From contig JAGVQN010000085.1 of assembly GCA_020051675.1 (NCBI GenBank), positions 8,170-72,169 on the forward strand: a DNA stretch of 64,000 nt. The letters are read 5' to 3'. The position numbers were made by a program, and so were the translations under genes. Shown one piece after another: positions 1 through 9,054 of this stretch (within the stretch, counting starts at the first letter, position 1; each line of letters opens with the position of its first letter). This DNA comes from Candidatus Brocadiia bacterium. Lineage in GTDB: Bacteria > Planctomycetota > MHYJ01 > JACQXL01 > JACQZI01. The notes under the pieces are model-generated. The model ran no database searches. It saw nothing but the letters and a program-made list of their open reading frames with translations, and was not told the origin of the DNA.

Positions 1-112
1 GCTTCCTCCCCAGCCCGGCGACTGGCTGGCGACTTATCATGAAGGTGGGCAAACCTTTAAACAATATGTCAGTTCAAATCCGCTTTATCCCGATGAAACG
101 CGCAATAAAATA

Positions 113-814
113 GTGCTCCAGCCGATTGGGCAATTTACGGATAAGGAAAAAGAAATGCTCGGCAAGCTCAGGGAATATACGGAACTGTTTTTCCGGATGC
201 CGGTTATTCTGGCAGCGGAGGCTCCCTTGCCGCAAACCAAGATAGGCAAACGCACGCGCCGGCACGGCGGTAAAGACTTGATACAATACCAGACGGGCTT
301 CCTGATGGACGAGGTCGTATCGCCTAACCTGCCGGGGGATGCCTTTTGCTCTATGGGAATAACCATGACCGACCTTTATCCTGATGAGGACTGGAATTAT
401 GTTTTCGGGCAGGCGACCTTACGCAACAGAGTCGGTATTTATTCGCTGGTGCGTTATTTTCCTGAGTTCTGGGGAGACCCGGAAACCAAGGAAAGCGATA
501 CGCAGGCATTGCGCCGCGGATGCAGCACCCTGGCGCATGAGACCTGCCATATGCTGGGCATGGAACATTGTATCTTTTATGAATGCCTGGTTTGCGGGAG
601 CAATAGTTTGGAGGAATCAGACCGCCGACCACTCAGGCTTTGCCCGGTTTGCCTGAAAAAACTGCATTGGAATGTCAATCTTTTATCTCAAGCCGCCGCA
701 ATTAAACGCTACGAGGAACTGGAAAAATTCTATCGGGCAAATGGCTTAATGCCGGAGGCGAATTGGATTAAAAATAGGGTTTCTAGAATAAAAGCAATCA
801 GGAATAATCCATAA
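113..814 (+). CDS. Archaemetzincin-like zinc metallopeptidase. It may extend 5' beyond the window because the frame is open to nt 2.
   Basis: The motif HETCHMLGMEHC (HExxHxxGxxH) is followed by CxxC...CPVC cysteine pairs. The N-terminal LQPIG block is typical of the AmzA family. The start is GTG at 113. Confidence 0.75.
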   Translation: MLQPIGQFTDKEKEMLGKLREYTELFFRMPVILAAEAPLPQTKIGKRTRRHGGKDLIQYQTGFLMDEVVSPNLPGDAFCSMGITMTDLYPDEDWNYVFGQATLRNRVGIYSLVRYFPEFWGDPETKESDTQALRRGCSTLAHETCHMLGMEHCIFYECLVCGSNSLEESDRRPLRLCPVCLKKLHWNVNLLSQAAAIKRYEELEKFYRANGLMPEANWIKNRVSRIKAIRNNP

Positions 815-927
815 ATAAAACAAATCGAACTTGTTTGGGGACGACTCGCCAGATTACATTCAAATTGTCTTGATTTTCCCGCTGTTTTATAATATGATAA
901 TTTAATAAGGATGTTTGGAACGTAATC

Positions 928-2850
928 ATGAATAATAACCTTAACGTCTTGAATCAGATGAAGGCTAAATATCCTGATAAATTCGCATCGGAAGACGCCA
1001 TCTTCAAACACATCAATCCCGGCGACCGGATATTTATCGGGACTGCCTGCGGAGAGCCGCAATACCTCGTCAAGGCGCTCATCAATTACGTCGAGTCCAA
1101 CCCCAAGGCGTTCTTCGACGCGGAAGTGCTCCAGGTCTGGACGCTCGGCGTGGCTCCATACGCCGATGAGAAATTCAAGACCAATTTCCGCCACAACTCG
1201 TTTTTCATCGGGGAAAGCACCCGCTCCGCCGTGGGCAAAGGCAACGCGGATTATACCCCGGTATTTTTATCCGATGTCCCTAATCTCTTCCGCCGTCGCC
1301 TGCAGCCGATAGATATTTCGCTCATCCAGGTTTCCTCACCCGATGAGCACGGCTACGTCAGCTTAGGGGTGAGCGTGGATATTGTCAAGGCGGCGGTCGA
1401 GGCGAGCTCCTTGGTTATCGCCCAGATTAATTCGAATATGCCGCGCGTCCACGGAGAGACATTCATCAATATCAAAGACATTAATTTCTTTATTCCGCAT
1501 GACGAGCCTTTGCTGGAATATAATTCCGAAACGTCCAGGGAAATACAGTTAAAGATAGGCAATTATGTCTCGCGCATCATAGAGGATGGGGATACCATCC
1601 AGGTCGGTTACGGGAGCATCCCGAACGCGATATTATCCAGCCTCGCCAACAAGAAACACCTGGGCGTCCATACGGAATTGCTGAGCGAGGGACTGGTCGA
1701 GCTCATGAAATCCGGCGTCATAGATAATTCCAAAAAGAACCTGAACCACGGCAAGACCGTGGCGGCTTTTTGCATGGGCAAGAAAGAGACGTATGATTAT
1801 ATCAACGATAATCCGAGCATCGAATTCCGGGCGGTTGATTACACCAATAATCCTTTGGTCATATCAAGAATCAATAATATGGTCGCCATAAACAGCGCCC
1901 TGGAAATAGACCTGACCGGTGAATCCACGGCCGAGTCGCTGGGGAAAACTTTCTACAGCGGAATCGGCGGCCAGGCTGATTTTATGAGAGGCGCGATTCT
2001 TTCTCCCGGAGGAAAAACCATTTTGGCAATGGAATCAACCGCGGTGCACCACGAGGGTTCGCCGCAGACCGAGGGTGAAATAGTTTCCAGAATCGTCCCG
2101 TTTTTAAAGGAAGGCGCGGGCGTTACCCTGAACCGGGGCGATATCCATTACGTGGTGACCGAATACGGGATAGCATACTTACACGGCAAGAACATACGGG
2201 AACGCGCCATGGCGCTCATTGCCATCGCTCATCCGAAGTTTCGCCTCGAGCTTATCAAGGAAGCCAAAAAAGCCAACCTGATTTACCATGACCAGGCGTT
2301 CATCCCGGGGAAGAAAGGCGAATACCCGGAACACATGGAACTTTGCCGCACGACCAAAGAGGGTTTAACTTTATTCTTGAGGCCCGTTCGCATAAGCGAC
2401 GAGCCTTTGCTCAAGGATTTCTTTTATTCGCTTTCCGACCAGAGCATGTATCGCAGGTTTATTTCCACCCGGAAAGATATGAGCCATGAACGCTTGCAGG
2501 AATTTGTGGTCATTGATTATACCAGGGAGATAGTAATACTCGCTTCAATCCAGAAGGATGAGAAAGAGTTTATCGTCGGAGTGAGCCAATACGCCATAGA
2601 CGAAAACTCGCATACCGCCGAGGCGGCTTTTGTGATAAGGGACGATTACCAGAACAAGGGAATCGGGAAAGAACTGCTTTCCTACCTTACCTATCTTGCC
2701 AAGAAAAACGGGTTGCTTGGTTTTACCGCCGAGGTCCTGGTGGAAAACAAACTGATGCTCCATCTTTTTGAGAGCATGGGCTTTGACATAGAAAAAAGGC
2801 ATTCTTCAGGAGTTTGCGAGCTGAGGATGACCTTTAAAGATAAAGAATGA
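928..2850 (+). CDS. Fusion protein: acetyl-CoA hydrolase/transferase family domain (Cat1/4-hydroxybutyrate CoA-transferase-like) plus a C-terminal GNAT acetyltransferase domain.
   Basis: The N-terminal ~440 aa resemble CoA-transferase/acetyl-CoA hydrolase family proteins. The C-terminal ~190 aa carry a GNAT motif (RDDYQNKGIGKELL...). Its stop overlaps the next gene as ATGA. Confidence 0.7.
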   Translation: MNNNLNVLNQMKAKYPDKFASEDAIFKHINPGDRIFIGTACGEPQYLVKALINYVESNPKAFFDAEVLQVWTLGVAPYADEKFKTNFRHNSFFIGESTRSAVGKGNADYTPVFLSDVPNLFRRRLQPIDISLIQVSSPDEHGYVSLGVSVDIVKAAVEASSLVIAQINSNMPRVHGETFINIKDINFFIPHDEPLLEYNSETSREIQLKIGNYVSRIIEDGDTIQVGYGSIPNAILSSLANKKHLGVHTELLSEGLVELMKSGVIDNSKKNLNHGKTVAAFCMGKKETYDYINDNPSIEFRAVDYTNNPLVISRINNMVAINSALEIDLTGESTAESLGKTFYSGIGGQADFMRGAILSPGGKTILAMESTAVHHEGSPQTEGEIVSRIVPFLKEGAGVTLNRGDIHYVVTEYGIAYLHGKNIRERAMALIAIAHPKFRLELIKEAKKANLIYHDQAFIPGKKGEYPEHMELCRTTKEGLTLFLRPVRISDEPLLKDFFYSLSDQSMYRRFISTRKDMSHERLQEFVVIDYTREIVILASIQKDEKEFIVGVSQYAIDENSHTAEAAFVIRDDYQNKGIGKELLSYLTYLAKKNGLLGFTAEVLVENKLMLHLFESMGFDIEKRHSSGVCELRMTFKDKE

Positions 2851-4964
2851 TGAAAAGCACGGAAAGCAATATTAAAATACTTTTCGAGCCTAAATCCATC
2901 GCAATTATCGGGGCATCGCAGCATAAAGGGAAAATAGGCTATAAGATACTGGAAAATATTGTTGCCGGCGGATACAAAGGCAAAATCTATCCGATTAACC
3001 CGAAGGGCGGGGAGATACTAGGCATCAAGGCGTATAAGGCGATGGAAGATGTCCCGGGCGATGTAGACGTGGCGACGATAGTTGTGCCCGCGGAGTTTGT
3101 TTATCCGGCGCTTAAAGGATGCGCGGCCAAGAAGACAAAGTTCCTTTCTATCATTACTTCCGGTTTTTCGGAAATAGGCAATGTCGAGGAGGAAAAGAAA
3201 ATCGTTTCCTTTGCCCGAGAAAACGGTATGCGGATTTTGGGACCCAACATATTCGGGTTCTTTTCCGCGGGCGTTTCGCTTAACGCCACTTTCGGGCCGA
3301 AAGAAGTGAAGAAAGGCGGCGTGGCGATAATCACCCAGAGCGGTGCGCTGGGCGTGGCGATGATAGGGAAAACCGCCGTGGAAAACATCGGGCTTTCCGC
3401 GATAATCTCGGTCGGGAACAAGTCCGACCTTGACGAAACGGATTTGCTCAGGTACCTGATTAACCACGAAGAAACTAAAGTCATCATGATGTATATTGAA
3501 GGGATAAAAGATGGTGCACGCCTCGTCGGCATATTGAAAGAAGCGACTGCCAAAAAACCGGTTATCGTGGTGAAATCCGGCCGTTCCAAGCGGGGCGCCA
3601 TCGCGGCGGCATCGCATACCGGGTCTTTGGCCGGTTCGGATGAGATATTCGACGCCATCATGAAGCAATGCAATGTCCAGCGGGCGGAAAATATCAAGGA
3701 CGCGCTGGAATGGTGCAAGTTCCTTTCCAATTCACCCGTCCCCACTGCGGAAAACGCAATCATCATCACTAACGGCGGTGGCATCGGAGTCCTGGCGACG
3801 GACGCCTGCGAGAAATACGGGATAAAGCTTTATGACGATTATGAGGCGCTTAAGAAAACATTCGCGCCGGTGATGCCGTATTTCGGCTCGGCCAAGAACC
3901 CGATTGACCTGACCGGGCAGGCGGAATCTTCCCATTACAGCCTGGCATTTACGACCTCGCTTAAGAATAAGAATATTTCGTCTTTGATTTCGCTCTATTG
4001 CGAAACGGCAGTTTTTGATATCCAGAACTTCGAGCCGCTTATTGAGGAAACATACAAGAAATACAAGGCAGCCGGAAAGCCGATAGTCTTTTGCCTGGTG
4101 GGCGGTGAAAAGGTGGAGGAGTGCGTCAAGTCTTTGCGCCGCCGTGATGTGCCGGCTTTCAACGACCCTTATGAGGCCGTTTCCTGTTTGGGCGCGCTTT
4201 ATTCTTACGCGAATTATCATGGCGAAAGCTCTGAAACCATAGATAAGCCGAAACTAGATGTTAAATCCATAGAGGAGGTTATTAAAAAGGTCAGGGCGGA
4301 AAACCGCAGTTTCCTCCTTTCCAATGAAGGGCAGGCGGTTGTGAAAGCCGCCGGCATGCCTGTCCCGCAAAGCTATATCGCCCGCAATATCAAAGAAGCG
4401 GCTGATTACGCCCAAAAGATAGGTTATCCCTTGGTCATGAAAATAGTTTCCAAGGACATTCTCCATAAAAGCGATGTCGGCGGGGTGGCTCTGGATTTAC
4501 AGAATAAGAACGAGGTGATAGAAGCCTACGAAGCCATTATTAATAATTGCCGGACGCATAACCCGGCGGCCACAATTGACGGGGTGGAAGTCTCCGAAAT
4601 GGTTCCCCACGGGACGGAGCTTATAATCGGCGCTAGGCGGGATCCTTCCTTCGGGCCGATTGTCATGTTCGGGCTGGGCGGGATTTATGTCGAAGTGATG
4701 AAAGACGTCAGTTTCCGCGCCATTCCGGTCGGCCGGCGCGAGATACTTTCCATGATAAAACAAATTCGGTCTTATCCATTATTGCTCGGTGTCCGCGGCG
4801 AAGCGCAGAAGGATATCGAAAGCGTAATTGACAGCATCATAAAAGTGAGCGGGATAATTGAGTCTTGCCCCGCGATAACCGATATCGAAATAAATCCGCT
4901 GGTCGTATACGAAAAGGGCGTAAAAGCCGTGGATGCGCGGATTTTGATTTCCCATCTAAAATAA
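2847..4964 (+). CDS. ADP-forming acetyl-CoA synthetase (acetate--CoA ligase [ADP-forming]) with fused alpha and beta domains.
   Basis: An N-terminal CoA-binding domain (IAIIGAS...GKIGY) is followed by a succinyl-CoA-synthetase-like flavodoxin domain and a C-terminal ATP-grasp domain. The start overlaps the upstream stop by 4 nt. Confidence 0.8.
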   Translation: MMKSTESNIKILFEPKSIAIIGASQHKGKIGYKILENIVAGGYKGKIYPINPKGGEILGIKAYKAMEDVPGDVDVATIVVPAEFVYPALKGCAAKKTKFLSIITSGFSEIGNVEEEKKIVSFARENGMRILGPNIFGFFSAGVSLNATFGPKEVKKGGVAIITQSGALGVAMIGKTAVENIGLSAIISVGNKSDLDETDLLRYLINHEETKVIMMYIEGIKDGARLVGILKEATAKKPVIVVKSGRSKRGAIAAASHTGSLAGSDEIFDAIMKQCNVQRAENIKDALEWCKFLSNSPVPTAENAIIITNGGGIGVLATDACEKYGIKLYDDYEALKKTFAPVMPYFGSAKNPIDLTGQAESSHYSLAFTTSLKNKNISSLISLYCETAVFDIQNFEPLIEETYKKYKAAGKPIVFCLVGGEKVEECVKSLRRRDVPAFNDPYEAVSCLGALYSYANYHGESSETIDKPKLDVKSIEEVIKKVRAENRSFLLSNEGQAVVKAAGMPVPQSYIARNIKEAADYAQKIGYPLVMKIVSKDILHKSDVGGVALDLQNKNEVIEAYEAIINNCRTHNPAATIDGVEVSEMVPHGTELIIGARRDPSFGPIVMFGLGGIYVEVMKDVSFRAIPVGRREILSMIKQIRSYPLLLGVRGEAQKDIESVIDSIIKVSGIIESCPAITDIEINPLVVYEKGVKAVDARILISHLK

Positions 4965-4976
4965 AAGGAGGAGTGT

Positions 4977-6014
4977 ATGAATAAACTGGTTTTCGCATCA
5001 ATGAATAAGAATTCCGGAAAGACGAGTATCATCATCGGACTGGGCCGGGCATTGAAAATGAAGATAGGCTATATGAAACCTTTCGGCGAACGGCTGGTCT
5101 ACCATAAAAAGAGATTGTGGGATTACGATGCCGCCCTGATTGCGGGGCTGTTCGACATGAAGGAAAGCCCAGAGGAAATGACCCTCGGCTTTGAATATTC
5201 CAAGCTGCGCTATATGTATGACGAAAAACAGCTGGATAAAAAACTACATGAGATGGCCGAAAATATGGGCAAAGGGAAGGACGTCCTTTTTATCGAGGGC
5301 GGCAAGGATTTGAGATACGGTTCTGGGTTGTCTTTAGATGCGGTTTCCGTTTGTAGGCGGCTTAAAGGGGAGCTATTTATCGTATTGGACGGGGATGACG
5401 ATTCGATACTGGATGATGTCTTGTTTATCAGGAATAATATAAGCAAGGAGGGCGTAAAGCCGAAGGGCGTGATAATAAACAAGGTCAAAAACCCGGCAGA
5501 TTTCCGGGAGACGCATCTGGATATAATCAAACAGGCGGGTTTGAATGTGGCGGGAATAATCCCGTTTAAGCCGGAGCTGAATTACCTGACAGTCGGCTAT
5601 ATCGGTTATAAACTTTTTGCCAAGACACTTTCCGGGGAAAGCTCCGCCGCAGGCCGGAGCATCAAAAACATATTTATCGGGGCGACTTCGGCGGAAGCGG
5701 CGCTAAAAAGCCCGCTCTTTAAAAAGGAGGATAAGCTTATCATTACCAGCGGAGATCGGAGCGATATGATACTGGCATCCCTGGATAAAAACACCTCAGG
5801 GATACTGCTTACCAATAATATCTTGCCGCCTTCCAATATTATCGCTCGGGCTTCCGAACTTAATATCCCGCTGCTTTTGGTCAGCCAGGATACTTATCAG
5901 GCGGCAAGCCAGATAGACGATATGGAGTCGCTGCCGACCAAGGATGAAAGCGAAAAGATAAACTTAATGGAAAAGCTGGTTAAAGAAAACGTGGACCTTA
6001 AGAAGATAATCTAA
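4977..6014 (+). CDS. Stand-alone DRTGG-domain protein resembling the phosphotransacetylase N-terminal regulatory domain.
   Basis: A P-loop-like N-terminus (NKNSGKTSIIIGLG, FKP motif), GVIINKVKN, and DRSD...LTNN correspond to the E. coli Pta N-terminal domain. No catalytic Pta domain is present. Confidence 0.6.
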   Translation: MNKLVFASMNKNSGKTSIIIGLGRALKMKIGYMKPFGERLVYHKKRLWDYDAALIAGLFDMKESPEEMTLGFEYSKLRYMYDEKQLDKKLHEMAENMGKGKDVLFIEGGKDLRYGSGLSLDAVSVCRRLKGELFIVLDGDDDSILDDVLFIRNNISKEGVKPKGVIINKVKNPADFRETHLDIIKQAGLNVAGIIPFKPELNYLTVGYIGYKLFAKTLSGESSAAGRSIKNIFIGATSAEAALKSPLFKKEDKLIITSGDRSDMILASLDKNTSGILLTNNILPPSNIIARASELNIPLLLVSQDTYQAASQIDDMESLPTKDESEKINLMEKLVKENVDLKKII

Positions 6015-6017
6015 AGA

Positions 6018-6341
6018 TTATTCTTTAACGCTGATATTGGTCTGCGGGAATCCGCTTTCAACAAGCCGTTGTTTCAAATTCAGGTTGGGATGATAAAGGA
6101 TAAACCTTTCGTCAGACCGGGCGAAAACCCCGAAGATTTTCATGCAGGGTTGGCCGATATGCTCCGTGTCACGTAAATCCAGCACGATTTTTTCCCCGTT
6201 ATAGCGGTTAACGCAGTGGTTGATGACTGTTTTGATGATGCCCCTGGCCTTGCTTACCTCTTCTTCATGGCGTCCGTCCGCCGGATGATGGTCTATAAAA
6301 CGAGGGGCTTTCAGGTAAATATCATTTTCAGTAAAAGTCAT
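6018..6341 (-). CDS. Hypothetical protein.
   Basis: A 107-aa ORF with genome-typical composition and no recognisable motif. Confidence 0.35.
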   Translation of the reverse strand: MTFTENDIYLKAPRFIDHHPADGRHEEEVSKARGIIKTVINHCVNRYNGEKIVLDLRDTEHIGQPCMKIFGVFARSDERFILYHPNLNLKQRLVESGFPQTNISVKE

Positions 6342-6446
6342 AATTCAATCTCCTTTGCTGGGCAGTCAGATTGCTCTTAAATTAGTTTATCGGAAATCAG
6401 CGGAGGGATAAAGAGGTGCTTTTAGATATTTTCGGTAAATAGGATA

Positions 6447-6485
6447 TAAAAAAGCCCCCTCCCTGAAAGTATCCGGGGAGGGGGC
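6447..6485 (-). terminator. Rho-independent terminator downstream of the SPOR lipoprotein gene.
   Basis: The stem GCCCCCTCCC...GGGAGGGGGC is followed by a TTTTTT run on the minus strand. Confidence 0.6.
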
Positions 6486-6507
6486 AGGTTAAGTGATTCG
6501 TTAACGC

Positions 6508-7761
6508 CTATTTAAACTTTACCAAATCGCAATCCTTAAAGGCAGAGCGTTTTGATTGCAAACCGGGCATATCTTTTTCCGCCGCGTCTTTGGTGTCGTA
6601 GGGACCAGCATAAACGCTGACATTATCGACCCCGCCGATACGTTCATTGCGGGTGAAAACATTGGAAACTCCGTTCGCATTCAGCCAAGCCACCATGCGG
6701 CTTGCCAGGTGTTTGCCCATTTTATTGTTTTCGTAGTAAATCAGCCGGATTCCCCATTTACCGGGAGCAACTCCCGCTTCGGTGTCCGTTTTCGGGGTGA
6801 TATCCGGGGCCGGTGTTTCTTTTTCGGGTGTTACTTTGTCGGGCGGTGTTTTCTCTCCAGGTTTCTTGCCGGAGGGCTTTTGCTTCTCCAGTTCTTTCAC
6901 TTTTTCCGCCAGGCGCGGTTTGGTCTTCATTACGTTCAGGGTGATATCCTTTATATCTTTTGCCTGAACCCCTTCCGGGGGTGCGTAAACGAAAAGGCTG
7001 GGCGATACGTCCTTGTTCAACTTAACATCATTGAAAACCGCGGTAAATTCCGGCTTTTTGAGGTCTGAACCGGCTTCGTATTTCTTTATAAAATGGGTTT
7101 CTTTGTCAAAATAAAGCCTGGCCGAGGTGATGTTTAATCCTCTTGCCAGTGTCGGAGGGTTATCCTGTTTGTAGAGTTCTTCAAGCCCGGCTTCGCTTAA
7201 ATCGCCTTCGATTACCTCGCATTTTATTCCGTCGACCTTTTGCGCGGGAACCGATTTAAAACTATAAAGTTTGAGCATGGTCCTGACTGTTGCGGGCAAA
7301 TCATGCCCCACGAGCAATCCTGTCGGGTAGGGAGGGTAATAACCGTCAAACATATTATCCGGGGTGACAATGTCTTTCAAAGAGACTTTAAGGATGTTTT
7401 TCGGGGTGATAATGGCATCTCCTTGTTTATCGCTTAATTCAACCCACTGGTTTTCTCCGTCAAAGAGCATTTTATATTGTGCGCTGTAATTGGCTCCGCC
7501 TGAAACAGGCTGTGTCATTTCCGTATCGGTCAAGAGCTGGACAGGGCTCCGTCCGGCTATTTTACTGACAATTGACGCAGGGGAAGATTCCGCACCGGGC
7601 GAAAGGGAGCTCATGGTCATATTAATCGTCGCGCTGTAGCTTTCCAGGGAATCCAGCGCTTTATTGGCATCCCCTATCACTTCATTAGGCTGCCTCGGTT
7701 TTGAGCAACCGGCTCCCAATACCATAAGGGCTATAAGCCCCAGTATGACAAACCGTTTCAT
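6508..7761 (-). CDS. Lipoprotein with a proline/lysine-rich linker and a C-terminal SPOR (peptidoglycan-binding) domain.
   Basis: It has a signal peptide plus lipobox (LGAGCSK), a low-complexity KP/TP linker, and a C-terminal SPOR-like fold (GKWGIRLIYYEN...DTKDAAEK). Confidence 0.6.
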   Translation of the reverse strand: MKRFVILGLIALMVLGAGCSKPRQPNEVIGDANKALDSLESYSATINMTMSSLSPGAESSPASIVSKIAGRSPVQLLTDTEMTQPVSGGANYSAQYKMLFDGENQWVELSDKQGDAIITPKNILKVSLKDIVTPDNMFDGYYPPYPTGLLVGHDLPATVRTMLKLYSFKSVPAQKVDGIKCEVIEGDLSEAGLEELYKQDNPPTLARGLNITSARLYFDKETHFIKKYEAGSDLKKPEFTAVFNDVKLNKDVSPSLFVYAPPEGVQAKDIKDITLNVMKTKPRLAEKVKELEKQKPSGKKPGEKTPPDKVTPEKETPAPDITPKTDTEAGVAPGKWGIRLIYYENNKMGKHLASRMVAWLNANGVSNVFTRNERIGGVDNVSVYAGPYDTKDAAEKDMPGLQSKRSAFKDCDLVKFK

Positions 7762-7944
7762 ATATGCTCTCCTTTTCTAAAATAAATATAAAACTTCGGT
7801 CTACTATACTATTCATTTAGCCGAATGCAAGATAAAAATGATAATAAAGGAACGCAGCTTGTCCGCCCTGTTTTTACAGTAAAATGATTTAACTTGACCA
7901 AAGCGCGTGAAGCGGGTATAAAAGCTTCTGGAAACAGCTTAAAT

Positions 7945-8964
7945 ATGGATAAAAAACTATTTTATTGCGTTATATTAATCTTCTGCCTGGCGTCATTTCT
8001 CGTAAACGGTGAAGATGCGCCTAATTCAGGAAAAACCGAATCTTCCTTTAAAGACGGCATCGCCGCGCAGGTAAACGGGGAAATTATCACCAAAAGCGAG
8101 GTGGAAGTGGTGGCATACCAGATGAAGAGAGACAAAAAAGAGATTATTAAAGGATTGATTGAAGGCCGGTTGTTCTACCAGGCGGCGCTGGAAGAAAAGA
8201 TTGAAGTTACCGAAAAGGAGCTTGATAAGCGCATGGGAAAGCTTATGGAGCGTTACGGCGGGAGGCAGAAATTTATCGGGGATGTCCTTAAGGCGTATAA
8301 AATAACTTATGAGGATTACCGGGAAGAACTGCGCCGGGATATGCTGAAAAATAAATACGTGATAATTAAATCAAGCGGAGCTAATAAGCCGGATGAGCAA
8401 TATACAGAAATGGATATACTGGTGGATACATTTGTCAGCCCGAAGGAAATCCGCGATTATTTTGAGGCGCATAAATCCGATTATACGGGCAAAACCAAGA
8501 TCCTGGTTAAACAAATCGTTCTTAAATTTCAGGATGGAGTGTCCAAGAATGATAAAAAAGCCATCGGAGAGGCGTTATTGCCGGAATTGGCTAAAGGCAA
8601 GCCTATCGAAGAGCTGGCCGCCAAATATTCGGATGAGAAAGAGCATGAATCCGGCCCGGATAAATACATGACCGAAGATGATTTTCCGGAAAAAATCAGG
8701 GAAACGGTCTTGAAACTGGAAAAAGGGAAATACTCGCCTTTGCTTGAGACCGAAAGCGATTTCCGGATAATCCTGGTATACGATAAAATAAACACCTCCG
8801 AAGGAATAAATTCCCCGGAAATCCAGGAGCATATAAAGCAAATCATCCAGAACGCCAAAATCATGGAGGGCATGAAAAAGCTCAGGGCGCAGCTTGTTAA
8901 AAAAGCCGAGATATGGATTGATTCCTCATTCGAAATGACCGTTGAATCGCTTTCCGCTGAATAA
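7945..8964 (+). CDS. SurA/PpiD-like periplasmic chaperone with a degenerate parvulin PPIase domain.
   Basis: A signal peptide starts at MDKKLFYCV. A SurA N-terminal-like domain is present, followed by a parvulin-like segment. The ORF track starts at 7894, but ATG 7945 precedes the signal peptide. Confidence 0.6.
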   Translation: MDKKLFYCVILIFCLASFLVNGEDAPNSGKTESSFKDGIAAQVNGEIITKSEVEVVAYQMKRDKKEIIKGLIEGRLFYQAALEEKIEVTEKELDKRMGKLMERYGGRQKFIGDVLKAYKITYEDYREELRRDMLKNKYVIIKSSGANKPDEQYTEMDILVDTFVSPKEIRDYFEAHKSDYTGKTKILVKQIVLKFQDGVSKNDKKAIGEALLPELAKGKPIEELAAKYSDEKEHESGPDKYMTEDDFPEKIRETVLKLEKGKYSPLLETESDFRIILVYDKINTSEGINSPEIQEHIKQIIQNAKIMEGMKKLRAQLVKKAEIWIDSSFEMTVESLSAE

Positions 8965-8981
8965 TATGCCCAAAATATATG

Positions 8982-9010
8982 TTGACAGAAATCGGATTCT
9001 GTTTTAATAT
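8982..9010 (+). promoter_or_regulatory. Sigma70-type promoter upstream of thrS.
   Basis: TTGACA, then a 17-nt spacer, then TAATAT. Confidence 0.4.
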
Positions 9011-9054
9011 AATAACTGATATTTATAAACCGTGAGTTTTGTGGTTTTTATTAA

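Noticed and set aside
60-100. A tRNA-like T-loop sequence (AGTTCAAATCCG).
   Set aside because: No complementary acceptor or T stems are present, and it lies inside the open archaemetzincin reading frame.
3018-4220. Minus-strand ORFs (216, 227 and 162 aa) antisense to the ADP-forming acetyl-CoA synthetase gene.
   Set aside because: They overlap a well-supported conserved CDS, have no recognisable features, and look like typical GC-rich antisense ORFs.
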